Source: Candidatus Borrarchaeum weybense
GTDB taxonomy: Archaea > Asgardarchaeota > Sifarchaeia > Borrarchaeales > Borrarchaeaceae
DNA: 64,000 bases
Direction: 5' to 3'
Assembly (NCBI GenBank): GCA_019057385.1
Contig: JAHQJS010000004.1
Coordinates: forward strand, 1,169,068 to 1,233,067
The position numbers were made by a program, and so were the translations under genes. Numbering within the stretch: the first letter of the stretch is position 1; every line of letters begins with the position of its first letter. Below, in pieces: positions 50,914 to 61,083 of this stretch. Below the pieces are notes generated by a model. It was given only the letters and a program-made list of their open reading frames with translations, had not been told where the DNA came from and ran no database searches.

Positions 50914-51811
50914 ACTGCTTAATAATTTTATAAGTTTAAAATGTACATAAAGCCATTTATCTTAATTTGAAATAATCAAACCCTAAAATTCGAATAGAAA
51001 ATACTTTTTAACGCAAGGAAAACGTTAGAAACTCACTAAAAATTCTAATCTTACTTTATATCCCTGCAGGTATCAAATTCTATCCTTTCCTCGTTGATTA
51101 AAATGGGTTCAACATAGAAGGAATATTCGATCAAACGGAAACTGTCAAAGTTCTCCTCTTTTGTTCCTTCTCTGAATTAGTGAACTAACTCACTATTAAA
51201 TCCCTCACACCAATATTTGAAATGAATTTTATAAATATAACGGGTTGGAAAATATTAGACTAAATAGTATTTTTTCATTTCATTCTTTTATTGTTACTTA
51301 CCATCGCACTCTGATGCTTTTTATGAAAAGTGATGTTCTTGCCGATTTTTAACTTTGTCATTTTTTCCTACCAGTTTAATATAACTGATATAAAGAAAAT
51401 ATTGAAATACTAGAGCGTGGAGAAGAATTGATATTAATATAGGGAAAATTTTGACTGGAATGCCAGGTACAGCGCTTTACGTTGCCGGAATATTTAGGAT
51501 GAACAATGAATCAATAAGAGATCTTTAAATATTGAAGGGAGGTTTTAAGAATATCTTTTTTTAGTAAGCCTATATTAATCACTTTTGAAAAAACATCGTT
51601 ACATTTATATGTATCAAATTAAAAATAATAGTCAATAATATATGCAAGATAATTTGTAGTTCTATTGAATACTAAATGAAGTAATTGAAGAAATTCTTTT
51701 TGAATTACTCGTTAAACAATTTCCTATCTTGTTCTTCACTTAGAAGATAGTAAAGGTCTTTTAGAAGTTGCCAGTTCTACACGTTTGTTTGCAATATGGA
51801 TGAAAGTAAGT

Positions 51812-52993
51812 ATGAGTTCAAATACCGTAGAAGACGTTTTTTCAAAGGGTTTTGTAAGCGTCAATGAAAATGAAACACTCTCTAATTGCTTCTCGCTCTT
51901 TAAAGAAGAATTAACACCAGTCTTAATTGTTTTAAACAGTAAAGGCCGATATAAGGGTATATTGACACTCCGATCGATAATCAGGTCGAGGTTCGATCCA
52001 TCCACAACTAAAGTAAACACCTTAATGCGTTCTGCGCCTGCTATTACAGTGCAGGATTCTCTTAGTAAAGTTGCTCGATTGATGATAGAGAGTGAAGTTA
52101 AAGAACTTCCAGTTTACAGTAGTGAAAAACTCGTAGGAGTAATTAAAGACGAAGATATCATTCATGAAGCTGTCATCAATGAATGGGGAGACACAAAAGT
52201 TAAGGAAATAATGAGCAAAAAACCATTTGTTGTTGAAGAGGATGATTCAGTAGCAGAAATAATAAGTCTCTTTAAAGATCAAGGCATTTCTCACGCACCT
52301 GTTGTGTATAAGGGTAAACCAACTGGAATGATAAGCATTCAAGATATTATTGACAGCGTTTACATCCCAAAAGAAAGTGAAACATCTACTGAAAGACGGG
52401 GGGCAGGAGAAAATATCAAAGTTATGAGTGCAAAAGTGAGTGGTATAATGTCAAAGCCACTCATTACGGTTTCGCCTGAAACTAATTTGCGAGAGACCGC
52501 AGAGAAAATGCATGAATTTGATATTTCCTCATTGGCGGTTGTCAGTGATGAAAGGATTGTAGGCATTGTGACAAAAAGAGATTTTCTTGAACCAATTGCA
52601 CAAATAGAGCCGAAAGGTAGGTTTCTCATACAATTTACCATTAAAGATGTGAACATAGACGATACCCAAGAAAAAATGATTATGGATGATTTCGAATCGT
52701 TCGAAAATAGATTTGAAGAAACACTAGAAGCCGGTACACTTTTCGTCTACCTGAAAAGTCATGGCGCAAACATCAAGGGAGATCAACTTGTTCATTGCCG
52801 TCTTCATATGCGATCAAGAAAAGGCTACTTCTTCAGTTCTAGTGAAGGGTGGGGGGTAGAAGAAACCTTCCGCCTGGCGTTGGATAGACTTGAAAGAAAA
52901 ATTTTGAAAAGCAAAACATTTCAAGCCGATCCAGAATTTGCTAAAACATATTTACGACGATTCCCTATAGTTGAAGACAAGAGGAAGTTCTAA
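51812..52993 (+). CDS. Four-CBS protein with C-terminal HPF/S30AE-like domain (candidate archaeal ribosome hibernation factor)
   Basis: Four CBS repeats, then SSSEGWGVEETFRLALDRLERKI resembling the last helix of HPF. Confidence 0.75.
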   Translation: MSSNTVEDVFSKGFVSVNENETLSNCFSLFKEELTPVLIVLNSKGRYKGILTLRSIIRSRFDPSTTKVNTLMRSAPAITVQDSLSKVARLMIESEVKELPVYSSEKLVGVIKDEDIIHEAVINEWGDTKVKEIMSKKPFVVEEDDSVAEIISLFKDQGISHAPVVYKGKPTGMISIQDIIDSVYIPKESETSTERRGAGENIKVMSAKVSGIMSKPLITVSPETNLRETAEKMHEFDISSLAVVSDERIVGIVTKRDFLEPIAQIEPKGRFLIQFTIKDVNIDDTQEKMIMDDFESFENRFEETLEAGTLFVYLKSHGANIKGDQLVHCRLHMRSRKGYFFSSSEGWGVEETFRLALDRLERKILKSKTFQADPEFAKTYLRRFPIVEDKRKF

Positions 52994-53047
52994 AAGCAAA
53001 GCATTTCAATACGATCCAGAATTTGCTAGGACGTATTTAAGACGATT
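52907..53047 (+). repeat. Diverged ~56-bp direct repeat (85-bp period) of the CBS gene 3' end
   Basis: 52907-52962 vs 52992-53047, shared core GATCCAGAATTTGCTA. Confidence 0.85.
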
Positions 53048-53159
53048 TTACATGACGTATCTCTAAGAAAAACCAAAATTAAAACAAACAAATCAAATCT
53101 ATGGTTTAGTTTGCTTTCTGTAATATACTAGGCGTAAAATAATTCAAAATTGAGTTGAA

Positions 53160-54092
53160 ATGATGTCCAACTATATCCAAAAAATTATCGATAACGTAGC
53201 TGAAAATTTACGTATTAGTTATCTCATTAGTTTCATAACCAGTTCTTCCCTCTTTTTAGTCCTGATGTTACTTTATAATTGGGATATAAGCAGTTTTACT
53301 GAATTAACATTCCTTTTAATCCTGACTGCGATTTCAGGAGTTACAATGCGATTTTTGAGTGGCTGGGGGTTAATTCTCACATATGCTATGGTTTGCTCCT
53401 ACGTATTAAAGATATTTTCAGGTTTTATAAAGGGTAGAAAAACTAGTGGAAAGATATTCAAGGCACTCCTCTTGGGCGTAACAGGTATAATATGGGGGTA
53501 TGGGGGTTACGTATTTATAACAGCTGTTTTTTACATGCGCACCCTTTCATTCATTGAGGAGTGGATCAGCCTTCTTTTTGGTATATGGTCTTTAATAGTC
53601 TTGGTTTATCTTGTTCCTGTAATCTGGGGTAAATACCAACCTCTTGCCGAAGAGAGACTCAGAGATAGGATAAAGGGAAAACTTGGAGGACTCAAATATT
53701 CTATCTGGAGCGGATACAAGTCAAAGATTCGTAAAGATTACGGAAAAGTATATGCTGCAGAATATGAACGCTATAAAACAGAAATAGAAGATATTCGAGA
53801 CCAATTAAGTGGAATCTTATTGCTCCCATTCACGTTCATGTTGATTGCCTTTCTTCCTCTTATGGGAGTTACCATCATCTTGTGGATTAGATTATTCTCG
53901 CATCATAAAAAACCATTTACAATTGGAGAAAGAATCTTACTATCACTTGTTCTTGCTGGAATCTTAACAATAAGCACGTTAATACTTTTATTTGTCGATA
54001 TAACAGCATTAATGACCTTTTTTAACATATCCTATGCTATGGGTATTTTTTCAGGAGTTGTTTTATTGATATATGTCATCATCAAATCTTAG
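53160..54092 (+). CDS. Hypothetical polytopic membrane protein
   Basis: About 8 hydrophobic segments, no family recognised. Confidence 0.7.
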   Translation: MMSNYIQKIIDNVAENLRISYLISFITSSSLFLVLMLLYNWDISSFTELTFLLILTAISGVTMRFLSGWGLILTYAMVCSYVLKIFSGFIKGRKTSGKIFKALLLGVTGIIWGYGGYVFITAVFYMRTLSFIEEWISLLFGIWSLIVLVYLVPVIWGKYQPLAEERLRDRIKGKLGGLKYSIWSGYKSKIRKDYGKVYAAEYERYKTEIEDIRDQLSGILLLPFTFMLIAFLPLMGVTIILWIRLFSHHKKPFTIGERILLSLVLAGILTISTLILLFVDITALMTFFNISYAMGIFSGVVLLIYVIIKS

Positions 54093-54263
54093 CGTGGTGA
54101 CATTCTTCGAGTTTATCGCTTTTTCGTTAAGAAGGTTAAAAAACAGAATTTCATATAAAAAAATAGGAGGCGACTGTAATTATGGGTAGCAGTGATCATA
54201 CTGATCGTCATTTTCGGGGCAAAAAGACTTTCCAGTAAACCAAGAAATAAGAGGTGATTAAAA

Positions 54264-54722
54264 ATGTATACAAAAATTTTACTTGCAACTGATGGATCGG
54301 ACAACGCTAATCGTGCGGCCGAACGGGTAATTGAATTTCAGAAAAAATGGAATAGCAAAGTGGTCTTATTTCATTCTATAAGGCAAAAAATGATTCCAAA
54401 ATTGATAATTACTTTGCCTGGTCAGGCATATGCCATTCCAAGGGCTGTTTATGACGAAACTAGAAAAAAACACGAGAATGCGGGAGAGAAGATATTGGCC
54501 GAAACTAAGAAAATGTTTGATGATGCAGGTATGCCTGTTGAAACTCGATTAATCAAATACGAAAAGCCAGAGGATTATATCTTAAATATTCTTGAAAAAG
54601 AATACTTTGACCTAATAGTATTAGGAAGTAAAGGCCATTCCACACTAGAACGTATTTTTTCAGGATCGGTTACTCAAGAAGTTTTAAACAACGCGTACTG
54701 CGATTTACTCGTTGTTCGCTAA
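54264..54722 (+). CDS. Universal stress protein
   Basis: KILLATDGS, DLIVLGSKG, GSVT..VL. Confidence 0.93.
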   Translation: MYTKILLATDGSDNANRAAERVIEFQKKWNSKVVLFHSIRQKMIPKLIITLPGQAYAIPRAVYDETRKKHENAGEKILAETKKMFDDAGMPVETRLIKYEKPEDYILNILEKEYFDLIVLGSKGHSTLERIFSGSVTQEVLNNAYCDLLVVR

Positions 54723-54879
54723 TTTTTTTAATTCAATTTTAATTGAATTTTCAGAAAATTGAATTCAATAGGAGTAATATTATTTGACTAATTCGACCCT
54801 TTATGGAAAAAAGACTTCTCAAAAAGGAACCTCTTTTACAGAAATAATCCATATACTTATCGGAACTATTCTTGTGGCC

Positions 54880-55239
54880 TCAATTTTTCTTAACTTTTTT
54901 ATCTTTTGATTCTTCCGATACGTCTATTTCTTCTAATACGTCTTCTAACTCTTCCATCAGAGCTCCATGATGTTGACCATAACTTTTGCCAATGACTTGG
55001 TTATCTTTGTGTGCTAGTTTACTAGGAACTTCTGGCAATACTGGTTCTTTCGCATACTTTATCCCATCCTCTTTCAAAGAATGTACTTCTTCTGTTAAAT
55101 CTTCGATTGAGTCTCTTAACGCAATAATTTCTTTCTTTATTCCTTTGGGAGGTGCTCTTTTCTTTTTATGCATGTGTCCCTTATGAATTTTCAATCCGTG
55201 TAGGTTCTTGCAAACCTTGCCACAGATTTCGCATTGCAT
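54880..55239 (-). CDS. C2H2 zinc-finger protein with basic patch and coiled coil
   Basis: From ATG 55239: CEICGKVCKNLHGLKIHKGHMH = C-x2-C-x12-H-x4-H. Confidence 0.7.
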   Translation of the reverse strand: MQCEICGKVCKNLHGLKIHKGHMHKKKRAPPKGIKKEIIALRDSIEDLTEEVHSLKEDGIKYAKEPVLPEVPSKLAHKDNQVIGKSYGQHHGALMEELEDVLEEIDVSEESKDKKVKKN

Positions 55240-55613
55240 TTTTTTAACTTTGATGATTGCGTGAATTATCATATTGATAATTGATTTACATAAGCAGTTT
55301 TCTGTCCTAAAAACTTGTACATGAACCATTTCAAGAATAAAAAAGATAATCTTATTCTACTTTCCATTTCTTGCGATTCATTGGACTTTTTAATTCAAAA
55401 AGCTACGTAATCTTTTTGGGACAATAATAGTTTTAAAATAGCCGAGATATAAGAACATAGCGTTCGTAATAAATACGCGATAATTCTTTAATCACAAAAT
55501 ATCATTCAATTGTCGAGAATAGCCAACTTTATGATAAAATAATTCATAGAATGCCTAGCAAAAGCATCTTAATCGTTCTCCTTTTCGATATCGTAAAATA
55601 AGGGTATTAAAAA

Positions 55614-55922
55614 ATGGAATGGATCGAAAATAAACAAGAAATGAAAATGCGTGGCTCTCTTTCAGTTTTAGAACGAGAAGACAGTCTATACAAGATTGTT
55701 GTTGATAAACCTTCTATATACTGGATAGAGACAGGTAATGGTTACTATATTGAGTACTGTTTGAGCGATAGTTACTATACTGATTACAGTATTTCTGTCC
55801 TAAAATACGATGAAAATACTAATGAATGGACTATTCCCGTTATAAATCGTTTTGAGAGTACGTACGAAGAAATGGAAGACGTAGTTGAATTTTTTAAAAA
55901 GAAGTATGACGCACTTGGATAA
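55614..55922 (+). CDS. Hypothetical protein
   Basis: 102-aa ORF, plausible composition, SD-like AAGGG. Confidence 0.55.
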   Translation: MEWIENKQEMKMRGSLSVLEREDSLYKIVVDKPSIYWIETGNGYYIEYCLSDSYYTDYSISVLKYDENTNEWTIPVINRFESTYEEMEDVVEFFKKKYDALG

Positions 55923-56036
55923 CTGTGAATATTATTATTAAAGAACGACTAGAAATCTAAAGAAATGGCTTTTCGAGAGCCAGAAGTGGAGGTTTGAATT
56001 CTATAGTTCTTTTAGACAAACCCCCCATAAATTTAT

Positions 56037-57407
56037 TTACCAGCCTAATAAGGCTGAAATCAGGAAAATATAACCAGTTGCAACAACGAGATTTACAATT
56101 GTAATGAGCGTGCCTAATTTCATAAATTCAAGCCATGAAATCCCATTTCCTTCCTTTTTTAAGAGTCCAATCGCCACTATGTTCGCGACACCACCTATTG
56201 GAGTTAAATTTGCCCCTAGATTCGCACCTAGGATTGTGGACCAGATAATGGCTGTTTCGCTAAAACCGCCCGTTGTAGCAATAGTTGGGATGACAAAGAT
56301 CAATACTGCTGTAACACTAATGTTGTCCATAAATCCGGAAAGAATGGCACTCAACCATATTATAATAAACCAGAGGAGATATTTATTATCACCGGCCACG
56401 ATACTTATAGATTCCGCAAATATATCTAAGAGCCCTACTTTATGAGCACCACCTACAAGAATAAAAATGGCTACAAAAAATATCGCCATCTCCCAATCTA
56501 TTTGTCTCAGAATGATCTCTATCCTCGTATCTGAAAAGAGAATAAAAAGAATGGCACTAGTCAATGCGACGACATAGAATGGCATATTTATGAAACTGGC
56601 AATTATAAATGCTGCGATTGTTCCTATCAACAAAATTGCGGCAATATAGAACACCCTACGACTCCTGACGACTTGCCACTCATCCAAACCTAGAAAAGTC
56701 CTTTTAAGATCTACAGATATATTCGCGGTTTCTTCTTGCATTTTTTTGCCGTAAAGTAACTTAAATAAGAATAAATTAGTTATGACAAGAAGTACGCCGA
56801 TTGGAAGACCAAGGACAATAAATCCTTCATAGGAAAGAAAATATTTATGAGCAAGATCATAATTAGATGCTACAAGGATGTTTACGAATGAACTAATAAC
56901 AGTAGAGACACCAGCAGAGTTAGCAGTCATAATCTCACTAACAATGAAGGGTACAGGATCCAAATGCATGTTTCTGGTAACGACAAGTGTAAGTGCTCCA
57001 ACGATGATAAACGCTGGAGCGGCACCTAAAAGGGCAGAAAGACCAAAAGTAAGCAGATTCATGTAGAGAAAAATCTTGATAGGTTCTCCTTCTGTTAGCT
57101 TTATTATCTTAATTGTGATAAAGTCGAACAACCCAGATTCGCGTGACGCCTCAACAATCACTAAAACGGATACTACTATCGTTATTGTTCGCCAATGAAT
57201 TAATTCACCGAATAACTCTGCATCAGTAAAGATTTTAATACCTGAAGTCAGGAAGATAACTTTTACAAATAATATAACACCGATTCCCCCAAGCAAAGCT
57301 GCTAACGTTTTGTTCATTTTTTCTGTTGAAATAAGGACATATGTAGCGATTAGTATAATGGCAATCCCAATCATTGCGACGGTACTATTAACGGACATTG
57401 TTATCAA
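56037..57407 (-). CDS. ArsB/NhaD/SLC13 (P-permease) ion transporter
   Basis: LSGFMDNI, GANLGANLTPIG..AN, about 12 TM. Confidence 0.88.
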   Translation of the reverse strand: MITMSVNSTVAMIGIAIILIATYVLISTEKMNKTLAALLGGIGVILFVKVIFLTSGIKIFTDAELFGELIHWRTITIVVSVLVIVEASRESGLFDFITIKIIKLTEGEPIKIFLYMNLLTFGLSALLGAAPAFIIVGALTLVVTRNMHLDPVPFIVSEIMTANSAGVSTVISSFVNILVASNYDLAHKYFLSYEGFIVLGLPIGVLLVITNLFLFKLLYGKKMQEETANISVDLKRTFLGLDEWQVVRSRRVFYIAAILLIGTIAAFIIASFINMPFYVVALTSAILFILFSDTRIEIILRQIDWEMAIFFVAIFILVGGAHKVGLLDIFAESISIVAGDNKYLLWFIIIWLSAILSGFMDNISVTAVLIFVIPTIATTGGFSETAIIWSTILGANLGANLTPIGGVANIVAIGLLKKEGNGISWLEFMKLGTLITIVNLVVATGYIFLISALLGW

Positions 57408-58140
57408 CTAAATAATGTTTTATTCTATATATTTAAACACTCAGAGAGAACCACGTAATTAGATGGCATATCTGAGTTAAAAGTTCTCCAACTTTCTAGA
57501 AAGTTAGCGAGAAATTCCCCAGAATTGGAGGGACAGTTAACAGAATAAAATACAGTTTTATTGGCTAACTAGCGAGAAGACCTACCAATTTATTGGGATT
57601 CTAAATAGAAATGAAGTCTCTGTTAGAGAGACAAATAATTAGATAATTTATATCCTTTTTAAAGCTTCTGGAAAAAAACAAAATCTTATATCGATAATTT
57701 TAAGGTCTCCTACATAAGGCATCGATATTTTATTGCTAAAAAAACGCTTTAAATTCAATTAGATATCAAATTAAACACTTTTACAAATTGATCATAAATC
57801 AAGGTTTAAGAAAAGCATTTAAAACAGATTTTATAAACTTTAAATCGTTAGAAGAAAATATTTTTTTGAAAATATGTTTCAAAATAAATGATTTTGTATT
57901 TTAAAAAGCAAGATCGCCTATTTCTTGATTATACCTTCTCTTTTTGATTTGCCGTAATAAAAACATTTATAAGGTTATCGAAACATAACTATATATAGAT
58001 ATAGAAGATGCGGTTTTACAGATATCTAATTATTGAATTCATACTTGATGAACTTTTTTTAAAGAGAAATACGCATTAATTAGATATGGTGCCCCATTCT
58101 GAAAACTGATCCATCTTGAAAAGAGAATAGGGGTGATATA

Positions 58141-59106
58141 TTGAGTGAAGCATTAGAAACTAAGGGCAAAAACCAAATGAATTATAGTAAGAGCTTATTT
58201 AAAGGGGTGCATTGCATTGAGTGCGGTTCAACTGATATCATTTGGGATGAAACTCGCGGTGAAATTATTTGCAACAATTGTGGATTAGTTATCAAAGAAC
58301 ATATGATGGATATGGGACCTGAATGGAGGAGTTATACGGCGGAAGAACGAAAGAAAAGAAGCCGTGTAGGAAGCCCCATTAATTATTCTATTCATGACAA
58401 AGGCTTATCAACTATGATTGGTCGTGAAAATAGAGATACTTATGGCAAAAAACTTGGCCCCAGCCGACGTGCTGAAATTTATAGATTAAGAAAATGGCAA
58501 CGACGAATACGAATCCATAGTTCACGTGAACGAAATCTTATTCGAGCGTTAAGCGAACTAGATCGTTTAGCGAGTCAAATGGGCATTCCACGATCTATAA
58601 AAGAAGAAGTGGCAATGATTTATCGCAAGGCGTTAGAAAGTGGAATTAGTAGAAGTACTTCAATCGAAGAACTAGTTGCTGCCGCGCTATATGCTGTCTG
58701 TCGAATCAGAAAAATACCTCGGACCTTAGATGAAGTTGCAGAAAAATCGCACATCAGAAAAATTAAACTTGGAAAAGCATTTCGACAACTTGTCAGAAAG
58801 GTTAATGTAACAATCCCAATTAGTTCTCCAATTGATTTTATTCCACGATTTTCCAACGAACTAGAACTCTCTGGAAAGGTTGCAAACAGAGCAAAAGAAA
58901 TCCTCGACGAAGCAAAAGAAGAAGGCATCACAGCTGGAAAAGACCCAACAGGAATGGCTGCTGCTGCACTTTATGTAGCAGGAATAATCGAGAATGAACG
59001 ACGAACACAACGAGAAATCGCACGGGTTGCCCGAGTCACCGAGGTAACAGTTCGAAATCGATACAAAGAAATAGTACGAGAACTTGGGATTTCAGCAACT
59101 CCTTAA
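58141..59106 (+). CDS. tfb: Transcription initiation factor IIB
   Basis: CIECG...CNNCG Zn ribbon, GPEWR, HDKGLST, two cyclin repeats, VTEVTVRNRY. Confidence 0.95.
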   Translation: MSEALETKGKNQMNYSKSLFKGVHCIECGSTDIIWDETRGEIICNNCGLVIKEHMMDMGPEWRSYTAEERKKRSRVGSPINYSIHDKGLSTMIGRENRDTYGKKLGPSRRAEIYRLRKWQRRIRIHSSRERNLIRALSELDRLASQMGIPRSIKEEVAMIYRKALESGISRSTSIEELVAAALYAVCRIRKIPRTLDEVAEKSHIRKIKLGKAFRQLVRKVNVTIPISSPIDFIPRFSNELELSGKVANRAKEILDEAKEEGITAGKDPTGMAAAALYVAGIIENERRTQREIARVARVTEVTVRNRYKEIVRELGISATP

Positions 59107-59410
59107 GTACCCCCACTAGATACTACTCTTTTTTAATTTGATTTTTTTTGACTGTTTTGGAACTATTCAACGTTTAAGTTCAATTTTTTTGAGATCAGTT
59201 CTATCTCAAACTAATCTCTAATTGGATTATCTTTAAATATGTTGTAAACTAATATGGGGTATAAGAGATGCGTTTACGGGATTTTTGATATAATGAAGTT
59301 GCAAATGAAAATCTTCTTTTATTTGTATTCTGCACTTCAAGATTTTTGCTATTCTAATCCGTAAACCAATCTATATACTTGATAGATTCAAGGCGAGGCG
59401 GTTTAAAACA

Positions 59411-60357
59411 ATGGAAAATTAGTAACTAATAAAAAACGAAGACCAGATTGCCATACAATCATTTGTACTGAATGTAGCTCAACCGATGTCGTGTGTGATG
59501 AAACTCGTGGTGAGATTACCTGCAATAGATGCGGCTTAGTTATTATAGAACACATAATTGATTTGGGACCAGAGTGGCGAAGCTATACAACTGAAGACCG
59601 AATGAAAAAAAGCCGTGTAGGAAGTCCCATTAATTACTCCATTCATGATAAAGGCCTATCTACTATGATTTGTTGGAGAAATCGAGATGCTAAAGGTCGA
59701 AAATTCTCACCTAGGCGACGTATAGAAGCATATAAATTGAGAAAGTGGCAAAAACGCACAAGAATTCGTAATGTTCGAGAAAGAAACCTTGTTCGGGCAT
59801 TAAGAGAGTTAAATCGTTTAGCAAGCCAGTTAAGTATTCCGCGATCTACAAAAGAAGAGGCTGTAATTATCTATCGCAAGGCAGTGGATAAAGGGTTGAG
59901 TAGAGGCATAAATATGGAAACATTAGTTGCAGCCGCACTGTATACTGCCTGTCGAGCCCGAAGAATTCCACGTACCTTAGATGAAATCGCAGAAAAGTCA
60001 CAAACTAGCAAAAAACACATTGGATCATGGTTTCGACGACTTGTTAGAAAGATGAAGATTTCTATCCCTATAAGTAAACCGGTGGACTTTATCTCTAGAT
60101 TTTCTAATGAATTAGAGCTTTCGGGAAGAGTAATAAGTAGAGCTATAGAACTCCTTGAAGAAGCAAAAGAAGAGGGAATTACAAATGGGAAAGTCCCGAC
60201 TGGAATAGCCGCTACTGCACTCTATATTGCTGGAATCCTTGAAGATGAACGAAGAACAAAGCGAGAAATCTCACGAGTTGGACAAGTCACAGAAGTTACT
60301 GTTCGAAACAGATATAATGAATTCGTGGAGAATCTTGAGATAGAGATTATGGCATAA
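59411..60357 (+). CDS. tfb: Second TFB, tandem paralog; natural ATG is 1 nt out of frame
   Basis: CTEC of the Zn ribbon lies upstream of the called GTG 59491; ATG 59411 (SD GAGGCGG) reads ATG GAA AAT TAG. Confidence 0.85.
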
Positions 60358-60682
60358 GTGATTTGCTGAACTCAATTCTTTTTTATTATTTTTTGTTGAT
60401 CGTTAATGATTAATTTCTTGAAGTTCTCATCAATTGAAACTATATAATGATTTGTTTCCTATTTCTTTTAGTAGACTTCAACAACTTTCTCCTGAGACAA
60501 TATCTGTGAAGGATTTTCTTATCAAGAATGATTAACGGTTTTTCAGATTTATGCGGTTGATTGGAAATATTTCTGAATTGGTATGAGTCCCGTACAACCG
60601 AAAGTCCTATAAGGTCGAGCAGAATATGTTAAGATACAAATATCGTAGTGCAGAGTTTCTAATCCTGCTGCGAAAAAGAAAG

Positions 60683-61075
60683 GTGGTATCTCTGAATTTA
60701 GTTTTAATCCCTGTAGATGGATCTATTCGCTCAGAAAAATCAATCGAATTTGCTTCAAGTATTCTAGACCATTCCATAAAAGTAATTGTATTCCATGTTA
60801 TGAAACCTGGCGGTAATTTAAATGAAGCAAATACCTTTGTTAATCGAGCTAAAGACACCTTAGAGAAATCTGGATTCGAAAATATTAAAACAGAAATAGC
60901 TGAATCACTAAGCGATCCTAGTGAAGAAATACTGAACAAGATTTCCCGAGAAAACATAGATTTTGTAATTATAAGCGCTTATGGTTATGGAAAAAGTGAA
61001 GAGAGCAAGGAAATTGGATCAGTTACCCTGAGTGTTGTTAATCGAGCAAAGTGCTCCATAATCGTGGTTAAGTGA
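60683..61075 (+). CDS. Universal stress protein
   Basis: VLIPVDGS, GSVT..VV..AKCSIIVVK; start GTG 60683 or CTG 60692. Confidence 0.88.
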   Translation: MVSLNLVLIPVDGSIRSEKSIEFASSILDHSIKVIVFHVMKPGGNLNEANTFVNRAKDTLEKSGFENIKTEIAESLSDPSEEILNKISRENIDFVIISAYGYGKSEESKEIGSVTLSVVNRAKCSIIVVK

Positions 61076-61083
61076 TTTACCCG

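Noticed and set aside
51040-51210. Possible coding remnant on the minus strand between mscS and the CBS gene
   Set aside because: No start codon, short, no recognisable similarity
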